Shown: positions 9,664 to 18,575, numbered from the stretch's first letter. The stretch is DNA of 64,000 nucleotides from an uncultured Gammaproteobacteria bacterium (GCA_964538435.1 CAZIDX010000001.1:203304-267303), one strand, 5' to 3'. A program made the numbers and translations. Notes: generated by a model not told the origin, from the sequence alone.

Positions 9664-10713
9664 TCACTTTTTCCAAGAAGTTTTACCTAAAACTATGTAA
9701 TAGAAAACTTTAGAGATTGCAAAAAATACCGCAACCGTTACCACAATAAACCAAGAACCTATTTCAGGATCATCAAGGTAAAGGGCCCATCCCAACAACA
9801 ATGTTAGCACAAGAGCAACGACATACAGCACCTTTAAGAATCTAAACCAAACCTTGCCTTGCAGTGGATTCTGAGAAACTGGATGTGCTGTGGTGGCATC
9901 GGCTTGTTCTGGAGATGCAACATTGTTCATGTACTCTTCAGGTTTACCAAAAAGACCCTCTGCTAATTCTGAGATGCGTTGGAGCAATTCAGATTCTTTT
10001 TTTGATGACTGTTCTAACAATCGAGTTGCTCTATCCACTCTCAACTTCATTTCTGTTGCGGAAATTTGTTTGGGCATTACCCCATCATTGTCTACAACAA
10101 TTGCTGGAATGATTCTTTCAATTGCAAGATTCTCTTCAAGGGCAGTTGCGGCATCCTTTCTTGCATCCTGTAGTTGATTAACCAAACCATTCCACTCGCT
10201 AAAGTTAGCACCTAAAACTTTAATGGAATCTTCTTGGCTATACTTATGCAATTTTTTGAAATCAATTTTCTTCAAAAATGACTCTATTCGCAACAACAGT
10301 GAAGCAACAACCTCCTGTTGTGTAAGCACACTTTCAAAAACCCGCTCCTCATAAACATCAATGATTTGCATTGCCGTTTTTGCAAGTTTCAAATTCTCCT
10401 CTTGGGTTTGAGTGTTATTAGGATCAGACAAAAGATCAGAAATTCTCTGCAAAGCCACAAAAGCATCATTCTCATCCTTGTGATCAAAATGAAAAGCAAG
10501 ATAGGACCCTTGTTTAATAGACGCTTTCTGAACCTCAGTTCCCAAAGCAATCAACAACTTCAAATTCCGATAATCAATTTTTGATTGTTCATATTCTTCG
10601 CGTGCTTTATCAATCTTTTTCTTGAAAAGGGTAAAAGGGTCAGGTCTATATATGATACTACTTTCTAGATATCTGTCCGATTGTTGAACAGTGAAGCCCG
10701 AGATGTTTCGCAA
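9664..10713 (-). CDS. coiled-coil protein with two C-terminal TM helices; N-terminus derives from duplicated transposase DNA (likely truncated)
   Basis: Codons from 10631-10713 lie in the 200-bp RAYT-end duplication. Confidence 0.55.
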   Translation of the reverse strand: MRNISGFTVQQSDRYLESSIIYRPDPFTLFKKKIDKAREEYEQSKIDYRNLKLLIALGTEVQKASIKQGSYLAFHFDHKDENDAFVALQRISDLLSDPNNTQTQEENLKLAKTAMQIIDVYEERVFESVLTQQEVVASLLLRIESFLKKIDFKKLHKYSQEDSIKVLGANFSEWNGLVNQLQDARKDAATALEENLAIERIIPAIVVDNDGVMPKQISATEMKLRVDRATRLLEQSSKKESELLQRISELAEGLFGKPEEYMNNVASPEQADATTAHPVSQNPLQGKVWFRFLKVLYVVALVLTLLLGWALYLDDPEIGSWFIVVTVAVFFAISKVFYYIVLGKTSWKK

Positions 10714-11032
10714 TTTCAGTACTCAAATATCCACATCTAAACCTTGCAAACTTGATAGCATTATCTCGTTCTTGTTTTGATGAAACCCCTTCAAATATTT
10801 CATCAAGTGTGGGTCTGCCAACAATTCGTTGTAAAAGGGTCAGGTCTATATATGATGCTACTTTCTCGATATCTGTCCGATTGTTGAACAGTGAAGCCCG
10901 AGATGTTTCGCAATTTCAGTACTCAAATATCCACATCTAAACCTTGCAAACTTGATAGCATTATCTCGTTCTTGTTTTGATGAAACCCCTTCAAATATTT
11001 CATCAAGTGTGGGTCTGCCAACAATTCGTTGT
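10631..11032. repeat. 200-bp tandem duplication of the transposase 3' end and left TIR
   Basis: 10631-10832 vs 10831-11032, 2 mismatches. Confidence 0.9.
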
Positions 11033-11740
11033 TCTCTTGGATACTCTTTGAGCTGTTCAGAGCCGTTTGTATGATTCTCCCAAATCCAATGAACATACTG
11101 AGGAGACCCAAGTATAAATCCATTCGTGAGATCATTATATGGATTATCCGCAGCAATACCATCCATCACAAACTTTCTATACTGTTTCTGTGCTTCTTTT
11201 CTCTCATCTCCAAATAAACTTAGTATCCAATCTGTGTGCAACCACTCAGGACATTTACTCGTTCCTGCTGTGTGTTGGTAACTACTCCACTTCCATTTTT
11301 TGGGATGGTCGCAGAGAGAATCGCGAACCGGGTTCAAGACAATATATCGAGAAACAGCTAGAAGATAGGTGTCTTTTTCTATAACGAATGCCTTGTAGCG
11401 TCCTTGCATCAAATGTCCGACTGTTTTGTGTCGTGCGTTAAAAGATTGCGTGTAGTTTCCATTAATGTCACGCATAGCTTTTGAGAGATTTCCATCAGGG
11501 GTCTCGATAAGTAAGTGGTAATGGTTGTCCATCAAACAATATGCATGAACGATGAGATTGTGTAGTTCAACAGCATCCTGAATCATTTCAAGAAAAAGAA
11601 GACGATCCTTGTCTTCTTTGTAAATATTTTGATAGCCATTACCTCTAGACATCACATGATAGAGGGCTCCAGGATATTCAACTCTCAGTGGTCTTGCCAT
11701 ATGGTTGATTGTAACACATCCTCATATATAGACCTGACCC
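10837..11740 (-). mobile_element. Y1/RAYT-type transposable element with 19-bp terminal inverted repeats
   Basis: GGGTCAGGTCTATATATGA (10837-10855) and TCATATATAGACCTGACCC (11722-11740) enclose the transposase. Confidence 0.8.
10858..11700 (-). CDS. REP-associated tyrosine transposase (IS200/Y1 HUH superfamily) with C-terminal HTH
   Basis: MARPLR, YHVMSRGN, YCLMDNHYHLL (HUH), YIVLNPVR, WKWSSY. Confidence 0.9.
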   Translation of the reverse strand: MARPLRVEYPGALYHVMSRGNGYQNIYKEDKDRLLFLEMIQDAVELHNLIVHAYCLMDNHYHLLIETPDGNLSKAMRDINGNYTQSFNARHKTVGHLMQGRYKAFVIEKDTYLLAVSRYIVLNPVRDSLCDHPKKWKWSSYQHTAGTSKCPEWLHTDWILSLFGDERKEAQKQYRKFVMDGIAADNPYNDLTNGFILGSPQYVHWIWENHTNGSEQLKEYPREQRIVGRPTLDEIFEGVSSKQERDNAIKFARFRCGYLSTEIAKHLGLHCSTIGQISRK

Positions 11741-11756
11741 CATAGCACAACTTCAA

Positions 11757-11843
11757 AACCTCCTGACTCGACTGAGCATGTACAAAACCACCTGACGTAA
11801 AAAACAAACTTATAACAAAGACTGCAAAAAGATATTTTTTCAT
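11757..11843 (-). pseudogene. truncated 5' fragment of the YibE/F gene
   Basis: MKKYLFAVFVISLFFTSGGFVHAQSSQEV, homology ends near the RAYT TIR. Confidence 0.75.
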
Positions 11844-11885
11844 ACAAGGGAAATTATAACAGATCAGACACCACTCACTTCAAAC

Positions 11886-11914
11886 AAAAAACCACAGCAA
11901 TGCTGTGATTTTTT
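11886..11914 (-). terminator. tRNA-Asn terminator
   Basis: AAAAAATCACAGC-ATT-GCTGTGGTTTTTT hairpin directly after CCA. Confidence 0.75.
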
Positions 11915-11916
11915 GT

Positions 11917-11991
11917 TGGCTCGGGGGGTGGGGTTCGAACCCACGACCCACTGGTTAACAGCCAGTTGCTCTGCCACTGAGCTACCCCCGA
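11917..11991 (-). tRNA. tRNA-Asn(GTT)
   Basis: Cloverleaf: TCGGGGG/CCCCCGA acceptor, ACTGG-CTGTTAA-CCAGT anticodon arm, GGTTCGAAC T loop, encoded CCA. Confidence 0.97.
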
Positions 11992-12233
11992 ACGTTTTCG
12001 TCTAGCCATTTCCTTCCTTGCACACATTTGAGAAACCTCTCTCTTTTCATGGCTTCAGACTTTGTTTGATACTCTTCTACATGGATTAAACTAAATGGCC
12101 CATTTTGTCTAGTCCATTGATTTGTACCAGTTAGGTGTTCATGCAATCGTACATTAACATCCCTGCTTGTAAAACCAACGTATCTTTTGTTGTTTTTTGT
12201 ACTACGCAAGACGTAGACCGAATATTTCTTCAT
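11982..12233 (-). CDS. small GIY-YIG nuclease (UPF0213/SLX1-like)
   Basis: YSVYVLRS...RYVGFT..RL.EH...EAMKRE.FLK; stop codon lies at tRNA nt 8-10. Confidence 0.9.
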   Translation of the reverse strand: MKKYSVYVLRSTKNNKRYVGFTSRDVNVRLHEHLTGTNQWTRQNGPFSLIHVEEYQTKSEAMKRERFLKCVQGRKWLDENVRG

Positions 12234-12327
12234 ACAGCCCCCGCCGGAGGCGGGTCCGCCTTTGGCGGAAGTTGCTCTGCCACAAAGCTCTGACCGAAGG
12301 TCAGTCCGCCTCTGGCGGAACCCCCGA
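12234..12327 (-). pseudogene. duplicated tRNA-Asn 5' half (nt 1-34) interrupted by two 30-nt palindromic insertions
   Basis: Removing 12240-12269 and 12290-12319 gives TCGGGGGT AGCTTTGTGGCAGAGCAACT GGCTGT, 32/34 identical to the tRNA. Confidence 0.9.
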
Positions 12328-12355
12328 ATCTATTCTTTTCTCAAAGAACGAGGAG

Positions 12356-12384
12356 AGTATAGCAAAAACCAACACCACGCGCAA
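12356..12384 (-). promoter_or_regulatory. sigma70 promoter of the tRNA/GIY-YIG unit
   Basis: TTGCGC-17 nt-TATACT with extended TG. Confidence 0.7.
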
Positions 12385-12471
12385 GGGTCTAAATCCACAT
12401 GCAAACTCTTGAAGTTTTTACTCCTTCATGTTAAACAAACCACGGCAAAACAACCCCCTGGAGAACACCAG

Positions 12472-13326
12472 ATGCCCATCAAACTCGTTGTCACTGACTT
12501 CGACGGCACCATGACCGACGCTGAAGCCGAAGGCCTCCCCTTCATCGAGAGCTACACCGAGATGCTCCTGCACCTCACTGGCCTGGACACCGGGACCTTC
12601 TACGCACTCTTCGACGGCATGTCGCAGCAGATCCATGAGCACCCGCACAAGCACGGTGTGAAAAAGGGTGGAATCATGGTGGCACCTGCCATCGTGGACC
12701 CGTACCTGCGCATGCAGACGATTGCTGGCATGATCTTCGACCGCGAAGGGCTGTTCACAGACTCGCGCGACCGAGCCAACCTGCTCGAGATGATGTTCAG
12801 GGCCAGCTACGCCAAAACCGATGTCGTGCCTCGTCTAGGCGCTGTCGAGCTTCTCACCGCACTCACCCAGAGCAGCGACCTCGACACCTGCATCGTGACC
12901 AATGCACGGACCAAGAGCGTTCAGCACAAACTCGAAGTCATGGGCATGAACTCTGGCAGCATTCCGCTTTGCGCAAATGCCCAGAAATTCTTCATCGGAG
13001 ACGATCCCGCTCGCATCCCCGAGCGCATCCAACTGCTCGAAGAAACCGACGATCACCGCTGGATCTACCCGCGCCGCAGCAAGTACTACGAGCTGCTGAA
13101 CTTCCTTCGCAGACAGAACGAGCTGGACTGGTCCGAGATCTGCGTCATCGGCGACATCTTCGAACTCGACCTGGCCCTCCCCTTCCTCCTGGGCTGCGAG
13201 GTCATCCTGATCGTCAACGACATGACGCCAGGCTACGAAATCGACTGGCTCTCTCGCCTGACAGACGCGCGCGCACGAATCTTCGGCGACCTCAACGACG
13301 TCCGAGGTTACCTCCTCGGATACTAA
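12472..13326 (+). CDS. HAD-family hydrolase
   Basis: VVTDFDGT motif I, IVTN motif II, VIGDIFELD motif IV; GGAG SD. Confidence 0.8.
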   Translation: MPIKLVVTDFDGTMTDAEAEGLPFIESYTEMLLHLTGLDTGTFYALFDGMSQQIHEHPHKHGVKKGGIMVAPAIVDPYLRMQTIAGMIFDREGLFTDSRDRANLLEMMFRASYAKTDVVPRLGAVELLTALTQSSDLDTCIVTNARTKSVQHKLEVMGMNSGSIPLCANAQKFFIGDDPARIPERIQLLEETDDHRWIYPRRSKYYELLNFLRRQNELDWSEICVIGDIFELDLALPFLLGCEVILIVNDMTPGYEIDWLSRLTDARARIFGDLNDVRGYLLGY

Positions 13327-13347
13327 CCCCGCCTTGCGGGGTTTTCT
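13327..13347 (+). terminator. intrinsic terminator
   Basis: CCCCGC-CTT-GCGGGG-TTTTCT. Confidence 0.75.
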
Positions 13348-13389
13348 GATATACTCTAACTGATCCCGACTAACCCTTAACACAAACCT

Positions 13390-13899
13390 ATGTTAGTCAA
13401 CAACATCCCAACCATGAACATGGACATGTCCGAAACTGGATGCTGTCCAAAATTCCAGCCCCTTGCCTGGGACAACAAAGAAATCGTCCTCGATAACAAG
13501 CTTTTCCTCAAAGTCAAAACAAAAAGCTTCTTGCACATCCCCCTCAACATGAAAGGTGTGTTCATGAAAGCTTGTTCTGACATGCAAAAGCACGAAGCCT
13601 CTCCAACTGACAGTTACATGATCCTCTCGCACGATCCATCTCCTTGGCGAGCCGAGCATTTCTTTGCTGTCACAAAAGAAATCCCAGGATATGAGCATGT
13701 TCGCCTCTCAGGAAACTTCCTTGCCAAAGTTTTTGAAGGCCCATACAAGAACATGCGAAACTGGCACAAAGAACTCGAAGAGCATGTCGCTGGCCACAAC
13801 CGCAAACTCAAAAAAACCTACTTCTTCTACACCACCTGCCCAAAATGTGCTAAACACTGGGGCAAGAACTACGTTGTAGGATTCGCTGAAGTTGAATAG
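13390..13899 (+). CDS. conserved putative hydrolase-annotated protein of unknown function
   Basis: ETGCCPKF, FLHIPLN, FEGPY, YTTCPKCAK..GKNYVV. Confidence 0.7.
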   Translation: MLVNNIPTMNMDMSETGCCPKFQPLAWDNKEIVLDNKLFLKVKTKSFLHIPLNMKGVFMKACSDMQKHEASPTDSYMILSHDPSPWRAEHFFAVTKEIPGYEHVRLSGNFLAKVFEGPYKNMRNWHKELEEHVAGHNRKLKKTYFFYTTCPKCAKHWGKNYVVGFAEVE

Positions 13900-13901
13900 C
13901 T

Positions 13902-14396
13902 ATGAACTATCTCTTTTGCCCATACTGCGGAGCTGCTTACGAAGACACAACGCAAACACATCTCTTTTGCAATACATGCGGACGAACATTCTGGCAAAAC
14001 TCAAAACCCACAGCCAGCACAGTAATCGTCAACGATCAGGGACAAATATTGCTTGGTAAGCGCGCTGGAGAGCCAATGAAGGATCACTGGGACGTAATCG
14101 GTGGATTCCTCGAGCCAGGAGAAGATCCTGAGGCTGGTGCCATCCGTGAAGCAAAAGAAGAAACAGGCTACAACGTAAAAATCACCTCATATCTTGGAAT
14201 ATTCACAGATCTCTACAGCGAGGAAAAAATCCCAACCCTCAACATCGCGTATTTGGCAAAAATCATTGACGGAACTGAGAAACCACAAGACGATATAGCT
14301 GAGCTCAAATGGTTCGATCCAAGCAAAATCCCTGAAAACACAGCTTTCCAGAACGGGAGAGACATGATTGAGGCTTGGAAACAATCAACAAAATAA
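13902..14396 (+). CDS. NUDIX hydrolase with N-terminal Zn ribbon
   Basis: CPYCG..CNTCG; GGFLEPGEDPEAGAIREAKEETG Nudix box. Confidence 0.9.
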   Translation: MNYLFCPYCGAAYEDTTQTHLFCNTCGRTFWQNSKPTASTVIVNDQGQILLGKRAGEPMKDHWDVIGGFLEPGEDPEAGAIREAKEETGYNVKITSYLGIFTDLYSEEKIPTLNIAYLAKIIDGTEKPQDDIAELKWFDPSKIPENTAFQNGRDMIEAWKQSTK

Positions 14397-14462
14397 GCAA
14401 GGACCGCTTGACAAAAAGCGGTTTTTGATTTAGTATCTTTAGTTCAAGACCGGAGGTTCATC

Positions 14463-14735
14463 GTGACCGAGACCCGCACGCAAAAGCAATCCGACCTGGC
14501 CTTCTCTGGCCTGCTGTGCAGCATCCTGATGCTCGTGGGTGCGCTCATCGGCGCATACATGATCATCAGTGATTTCCAGGGATCCCTGGGAATCCCCATG
14601 CTGGTCGTCGGAGGGGCCTCGATCGCGAGGCTCTTCATCAATCGACGCCTCAACCACAACACCCCGCTCGCGAAGATCGCGGCAATCTGCGGGGTCTTCC
14701 TGTGCGGAGGAGGGCTTGCCTTCCTCGTGTACTAG
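14463..14735 (+). CDS. small membrane protein
   Basis: Three hydrophobic segments; TTGACA-17-TAGTAT promoter at 14408-14436 and GGAGG SD. Confidence 0.65.
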   Translation: MTETRTQKQSDLAFSGLLCSILMLVGALIGAYMIISDFQGSLGIPMLVVGGASIARLFINRRLNHNTPLAKIAAICGVFLCGGGLAFLVY

Positions 14736-14849
14736 CAGCCCAACGCCGGGCCGCTACCTACCACCTAATGCATCAGCGCAAAGGGTGGTTTTCTGATACT
14801 ATACCCGCTGGAATTGTCATGCTAGAATACTCGCGTAATAACAATCTTT

Positions 14850-15509
14850 ATGAAACTCAAACAAATCTTTGCCTTACTCATCCTTCCATTATTCCTGATG
14901 GGATGTGGAGGAACTTCTGAACCACAAATTGGCGACGAGCTTGTCTGGAATGATTACAAAAAAGTTTCTGTTACAGTCGATGTTGAAATAACTCCAAACC
15001 CTGCAATCTCATCGGACATCTCAACATACATCGGTTCTGCAGCATTTATGATGGATTTCTGGTTTGCTCCTGGAGGTGGTGACCCAATGCATCAGGAGGC
15101 TTCCTGGCAACTCACGGATTACAGACACTATGCATCAGGCAATGCCACCCCTTGTGTTGGAACTCCGGAAGAAGACGCTTGGAAAACTCGAGATCTGGAT
15201 GTAACAGCAACACTCGCACCAACAGACGATGACGAGGATTTGGATGTCTTCAAATTTCACGCCTCAAATCTTCCAATGGGAGAATCTTTCATGGTCACTC
15301 GCCAGTGCGAAGGTATCCCAGCCACATCCCCTGACCCAGCCCTACTCACACAGCTCGTTCTCCCTCTTTATCAAGAACAATGGCAAATTGACATCTGGGA
15401 AGAGACAACCGAAACAACAACTCGAGAGAATGTTGACCTCAATGGCATGGCGCTTGCAGATGTAACAATTACCGCAACCATGAAACGCGTAACCAGTATA
15501 GACGAATAA
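14850..15509 (+). CDS. hypothetical lipoprotein
   Basis: Signal peptide with LMGC lipobox. Confidence 0.7.
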   Translation: MKLKQIFALLILPLFLMGCGGTSEPQIGDELVWNDYKKVSVTVDVEITPNPAISSDISTYIGSAAFMMDFWFAPGGGDPMHQEASWQLTDYRHYASGNATPCVGTPEEDAWKTRDLDVTATLAPTDDDEDLDVFKFHASNLPMGESFMVTRQCEGIPATSPDPALLTQLVLPLYQEQWQIDIWEETTETTTRENVDLNGMALADVTITATMKRVTSIDE

Positions 15510-15538
15510 TTATCTACTAATCCCCTAATCTAAAAAGT

Positions 15539-15925
15539 ATGAAGGGATACATTACAAATCTAGAATCCGCCACAATCGAAAATACAGACTACCGCCGTGT
15601 TCTCTACACCGACAAAAACAGCCAACTCGTGCTCATGAACATCCAACCTGGTGACGAAATCGGAATGGAGGTTCACGATCTCGATCAGTTCATCCGCATC
15701 GAAGCAGGAACCGGAAAAGCAGTTCTCGACGGCGTGGAGCATGCACTCGAAGACGGATCAGCAATCGTGATCCCAGCCGGCATGAACCACAACGTCATCA
15801 ACACAGGCGAGACCGAGCTTAAGCTCTACAGCGTCTACTCACCACCAGAGCACATGGACGGCACTGTGCACGCGACCAAGGCAGACGAGCAAGAAGAGCA
15901 CTTCGACGGAACAACAACCGAATAA
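15539..15925 (+). CDS. cupin domain protein
   Basis: RRVLYT..SQLVLM...EIGMEVH..DQF; IPAG..HNV; YSPPEH. Confidence 0.9.
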   Translation: MKGYITNLESATIENTDYRRVLYTDKNSQLVLMNIQPGDEIGMEVHDLDQFIRIEAGTGKAVLDGVEHALEDGSAIVIPAGMNHNVINTGETELKLYSVYSPPEHMDGTVHATKADEQEEHFDGTTTE

Positions 15926-15962
15926 TCAAAAAACTCGAGGCTCATCCTCGAGTTTTGCTTTT

Positions 15963-16871
15963 CTAGTGTGTATGCTCGTCGTGATCATGGTCGTGATCAT
16001 CGTGCTCATCTTCATGCACATGAACCTCAAACTCATCAGCATGTTCATGCCCCTCAACCTCTTGCTCGTATTCGTGCTCATGAGCCCCATGATCATGTCC
16101 GTGAGCCTCATGACTATGAGTCATAGACGCCACAACCATAATTGCGATTCCAAGCAAGAAAATAAACACATTTAGTGAAAGTTTCTTCCTGTCAACCTGG
16201 TGCTTAAGCTCTGGTAACAGATCAGCTGCAGCAATGTAAATGAATCCTCCAGCAGCAATCGGGAGCATGATTGGCGCTGCCATTTCAAAGGTTTGAGTCA
16301 AATAATACCCAACAACCCCTCCCAGAACGACAGTAAGTGCGGCTCCGGCGTTTGCCAGTGCTGCCTTTTTTACTTTCCATCCGCTATGAATTAGCACTGC
16401 AAAATCACCAAGCTCCTGTGGAATCTCATGAAGCGCAACTGCTACTGCTGTTGTGATTCCAAGCGCAGGCGACACGATAAACGCCGCAGCAATTATGAGA
16501 CCATCAATGAAATTATGAATCGCATCACTAAAGATCACCAAGTTTGCGTACGGCTTTTCATGATCGCAGGTCTCTGGATTATGATGGCAACTATGCCAAG
16601 AAAAATATTGCTCGAAAAGATAAGAGCCAACAAACGCGACAAGCGTAAGCGCCATCACAGAATACAGACTAATCTCTCCATGATTACTCATCTCAACTGC
16701 TTCGGGAAGCAGGTGCAAAAAAGCTGATCCAAGCATGGTCCCAGCTGCTAAAGCAACAAAACCAAGCAACCCATCATGAAAATGTTTCCTTACTTTCAAA
16801 AGCACAGCCAAGCCGATAAGCGAAAATGAGGCAATGACTGACGTGGCAAGAATGATTTGTAATAGAGTCAT
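15963..16871 (-). CDS. ZIP family metal transporter with His/Glu-rich tail
   Basis: HNFIDG, LHEIPQELGDF, GGFIYIA motifs. Confidence 0.9.
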   Translation of the reverse strand: MTLLQIILATSVIASFSLIGLAVLLKVRKHFHDGLLGFVALAAGTMLGSAFLHLLPEAVEMSNHGEISLYSVMALTLVAFVGSYLFEQYFSWHSCHHNPETCDHEKPYANLVIFSDAIHNFIDGLIIAAAFIVSPALGITTAVAVALHEIPQELGDFAVLIHSGWKVKKAALANAGAALTVVLGGVVGYYLTQTFEMAAPIMLPIAAGGFIYIAAADLLPELKHQVDRKKLSLNVFIFLLGIAIMVVASMTHSHEAHGHDHGAHEHEYEQEVEGHEHADEFEVHVHEDEHDDHDHDHDEHTH

Positions 16872-16879
16872 AGTATAGT

Positions 16880-17778
16880 TTATCCAATTTTACACACAAA
16901 TCGCCGAATAAGCCACTTATAAGGAGGTAGAGCAAGAGACCATGGGAAAATAACAAGCACTGCGGCCAAAACAACATTTGGATCTACAAAAAACTCACCA
17001 GCCAAATAAATTGCCAGCGTAAAATTCATGAACGTAAAGCAAGCAGAAATCGTCACCCGATCCTTACAAGATTCTTTGAAGAGTAAAAAGTACCCGAGCA
17101 AGAGCGAGACAGCAATAAACACTGTCAGCACAATAATCTGATATCCGATCGTAGTTCCAATCCCATCCAAAATCGTTTCTGCCTGACGTGCCACAACACC
17201 AGCGATAAGCAATCCGAGCAAGATGATCGACATAGGCTTAAACCTTGGATACAAAAACCTGATCTGCTTGTTCCAAAAATGACGAACGATCTGCGCAAGC
17301 ACAAACGGAACCAAGATCACCTTTGCCAAACTCACAAACATCCCACCAGCACTCACAGTCACAGCCGTGCTTGCAAAAACCCCACAACCAACGGAATCGA
17401 AAACGGTGCCAAGAGCGATGTGATAACTGTCAGCACAAGAGCCATCCCAACCTTCCCACCAAGCACCTCAACAAGCAGTGGCGCTGTCATCCCAATCGGC
17501 ATGGCTGCCAAAAGAAGCAGTCCAATAGCAAGCGACGGCGCGGCAAGCGAAGCAACAAGATAAACAATCGCAGGAAAAACAATCAGGATCGCCACCACAG
17601 GAATAATGAGCTCATACACATTATCAATCTCCTTCCAAACCTTCTTAATATCAATCTTCAAGCTCGTCAAAAAGAAAATCACCTGAAGAAAAATTGTCGC
17701 AAATGGAGCCAAGAGAACCGTCTCGTTTGGCAAGAACAACCCACCAAGCAAAGCCAAAATGATAACAACTTGAAACAT
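16880..17778 (-). pseudogene. bile acid:sodium symporter family, split by a 1-nt frameshift
   Basis: GLLLLAAMPIG and FMNFTLA halves in two frames; one more T in GGGGTTTTTG (17374-17383) joins them. Confidence 0.75.
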
Positions 17779-17818
17779 ACCCTCCTATTGTATCAGAAGA
17801 AATGTTATTCTGGTGTAT

Positions 17819-18037
17819 ATGACCTACTCATTCGAAACCATCCTCTTCTTCCTCCTCCTCATCGACGCAATCGGCGCCAATCTTTTGTCATGGGGTGGCG
17901 GTGAGAAGTGGTGGAACAAACATCTTCGCATTTTCAGTCGTTACTTCCCTGCTGCAAAGGGCTGGACAAGCTACTATCTAGTACTCGTTCTCCTCATCGG
18001 CTGGATCCTTCACTCACATGGCGCCTTTTCAGCCTAA
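17819..18037 (+). CDS. small membrane protein
   Basis: Two TM helices; LIDAIGAN and RYFPAAKGW motifs. Confidence 0.65.
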   Translation: MTYSFETILFFLLLIDAIGANLLSWGGGEKWWNKHLRIFSRYFPAAKGWTSYYLVLVLLIGWILHSHGAFSA

Positions 18038-18040
18038 TAT

Positions 18041-18280
18041 ATGAGCACACCAAAAATCATCGGCCTTGGCCTCCTGGCTCTGGGCTCCTTAATGCTAATC
18101 GCTTTCGGTCTCTACGAAGCAGGTCTAGAGCTCTGGTCAGATCCTGAAGTGCCTTTTCTTGTAAAGATCAGCTTAGGAGCACTCACCATTGGATTTCTTG
18201 TCCTGATAGGCGCTCTAGTAGCCGAACGTTTCAAAGATTCACAAAAAGCCAAACCATATGATAATGACCACAACCTTTGA
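18041..18280 (+). CDS. small membrane protein
   Basis: Two TM helices, overlaps the downstream YbjQ gene. Confidence 0.65.
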   Translation: MSTPKIIGLGLLALGSLMLIAFGLYEAGLELWSDPEVPFLVKISLGALTIGFLVLIGALVAERFKDSQKAKPYDNDHNL

Positions 18281-18575
18281 TGTTCCAGGTCGCGAGATTG
18301 AAAAAACCTTCGGCATCGCACGCGGCAACACCATCCGAGCAAAGCATGTAGGAAAAGACATTATCGCAGGTCTACGCACCATTGTCGGAGGCGAGATCAA
18401 GGAGTACATGGAAATGATGACGCAATCCCGAGAGCAAGCCATCGCCCGCATGATCGAAGACGCAGAACGAATGGGAGCCGATGCTGTCATTGGTGTACGC
18501 TTCACAACCTCCCAAGTCATGTCCGGCGCAGCCGAACTCATGGCCTACGGCACCGCAGTTAAACTCAAAAACTAA
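18258..18575 (+). CDS. YbjQ/UPF0145 putative heavy-metal-binding protein
   Basis: RAKHVGKDI.AGLR.IVGGE, GADAVIGVRF, AYGTAV. Confidence 0.92.
   Translation: MIMTTTFDVPGREIEKTFGIARGNTIRAKHVGKDIIAGLRTIVGGEIKEYMEMMTQSREQAIARMIEDAERMGADAVIGVRFTTSQVMSGAAELMAYGTAVKLKN

Noticed and set aside
10631-11880. Diversity-generating retroelement suggested by near-identical repeats
   Set aside because: No reverse transcriptase, and mismatches are few and not restricted to adenines
11958-12327. Group I intron in the tRNA anticodon loop
   Set aside because: No ribozyme core; the insert is almost entirely ORF and the downstream tRNA is already complete
12262-12471. N-terminal extension of the HAD ORF in the track
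   Set aside because: Runs through the palindromes and tRNA promoter; real start is the SD-preceded ATG at 12472
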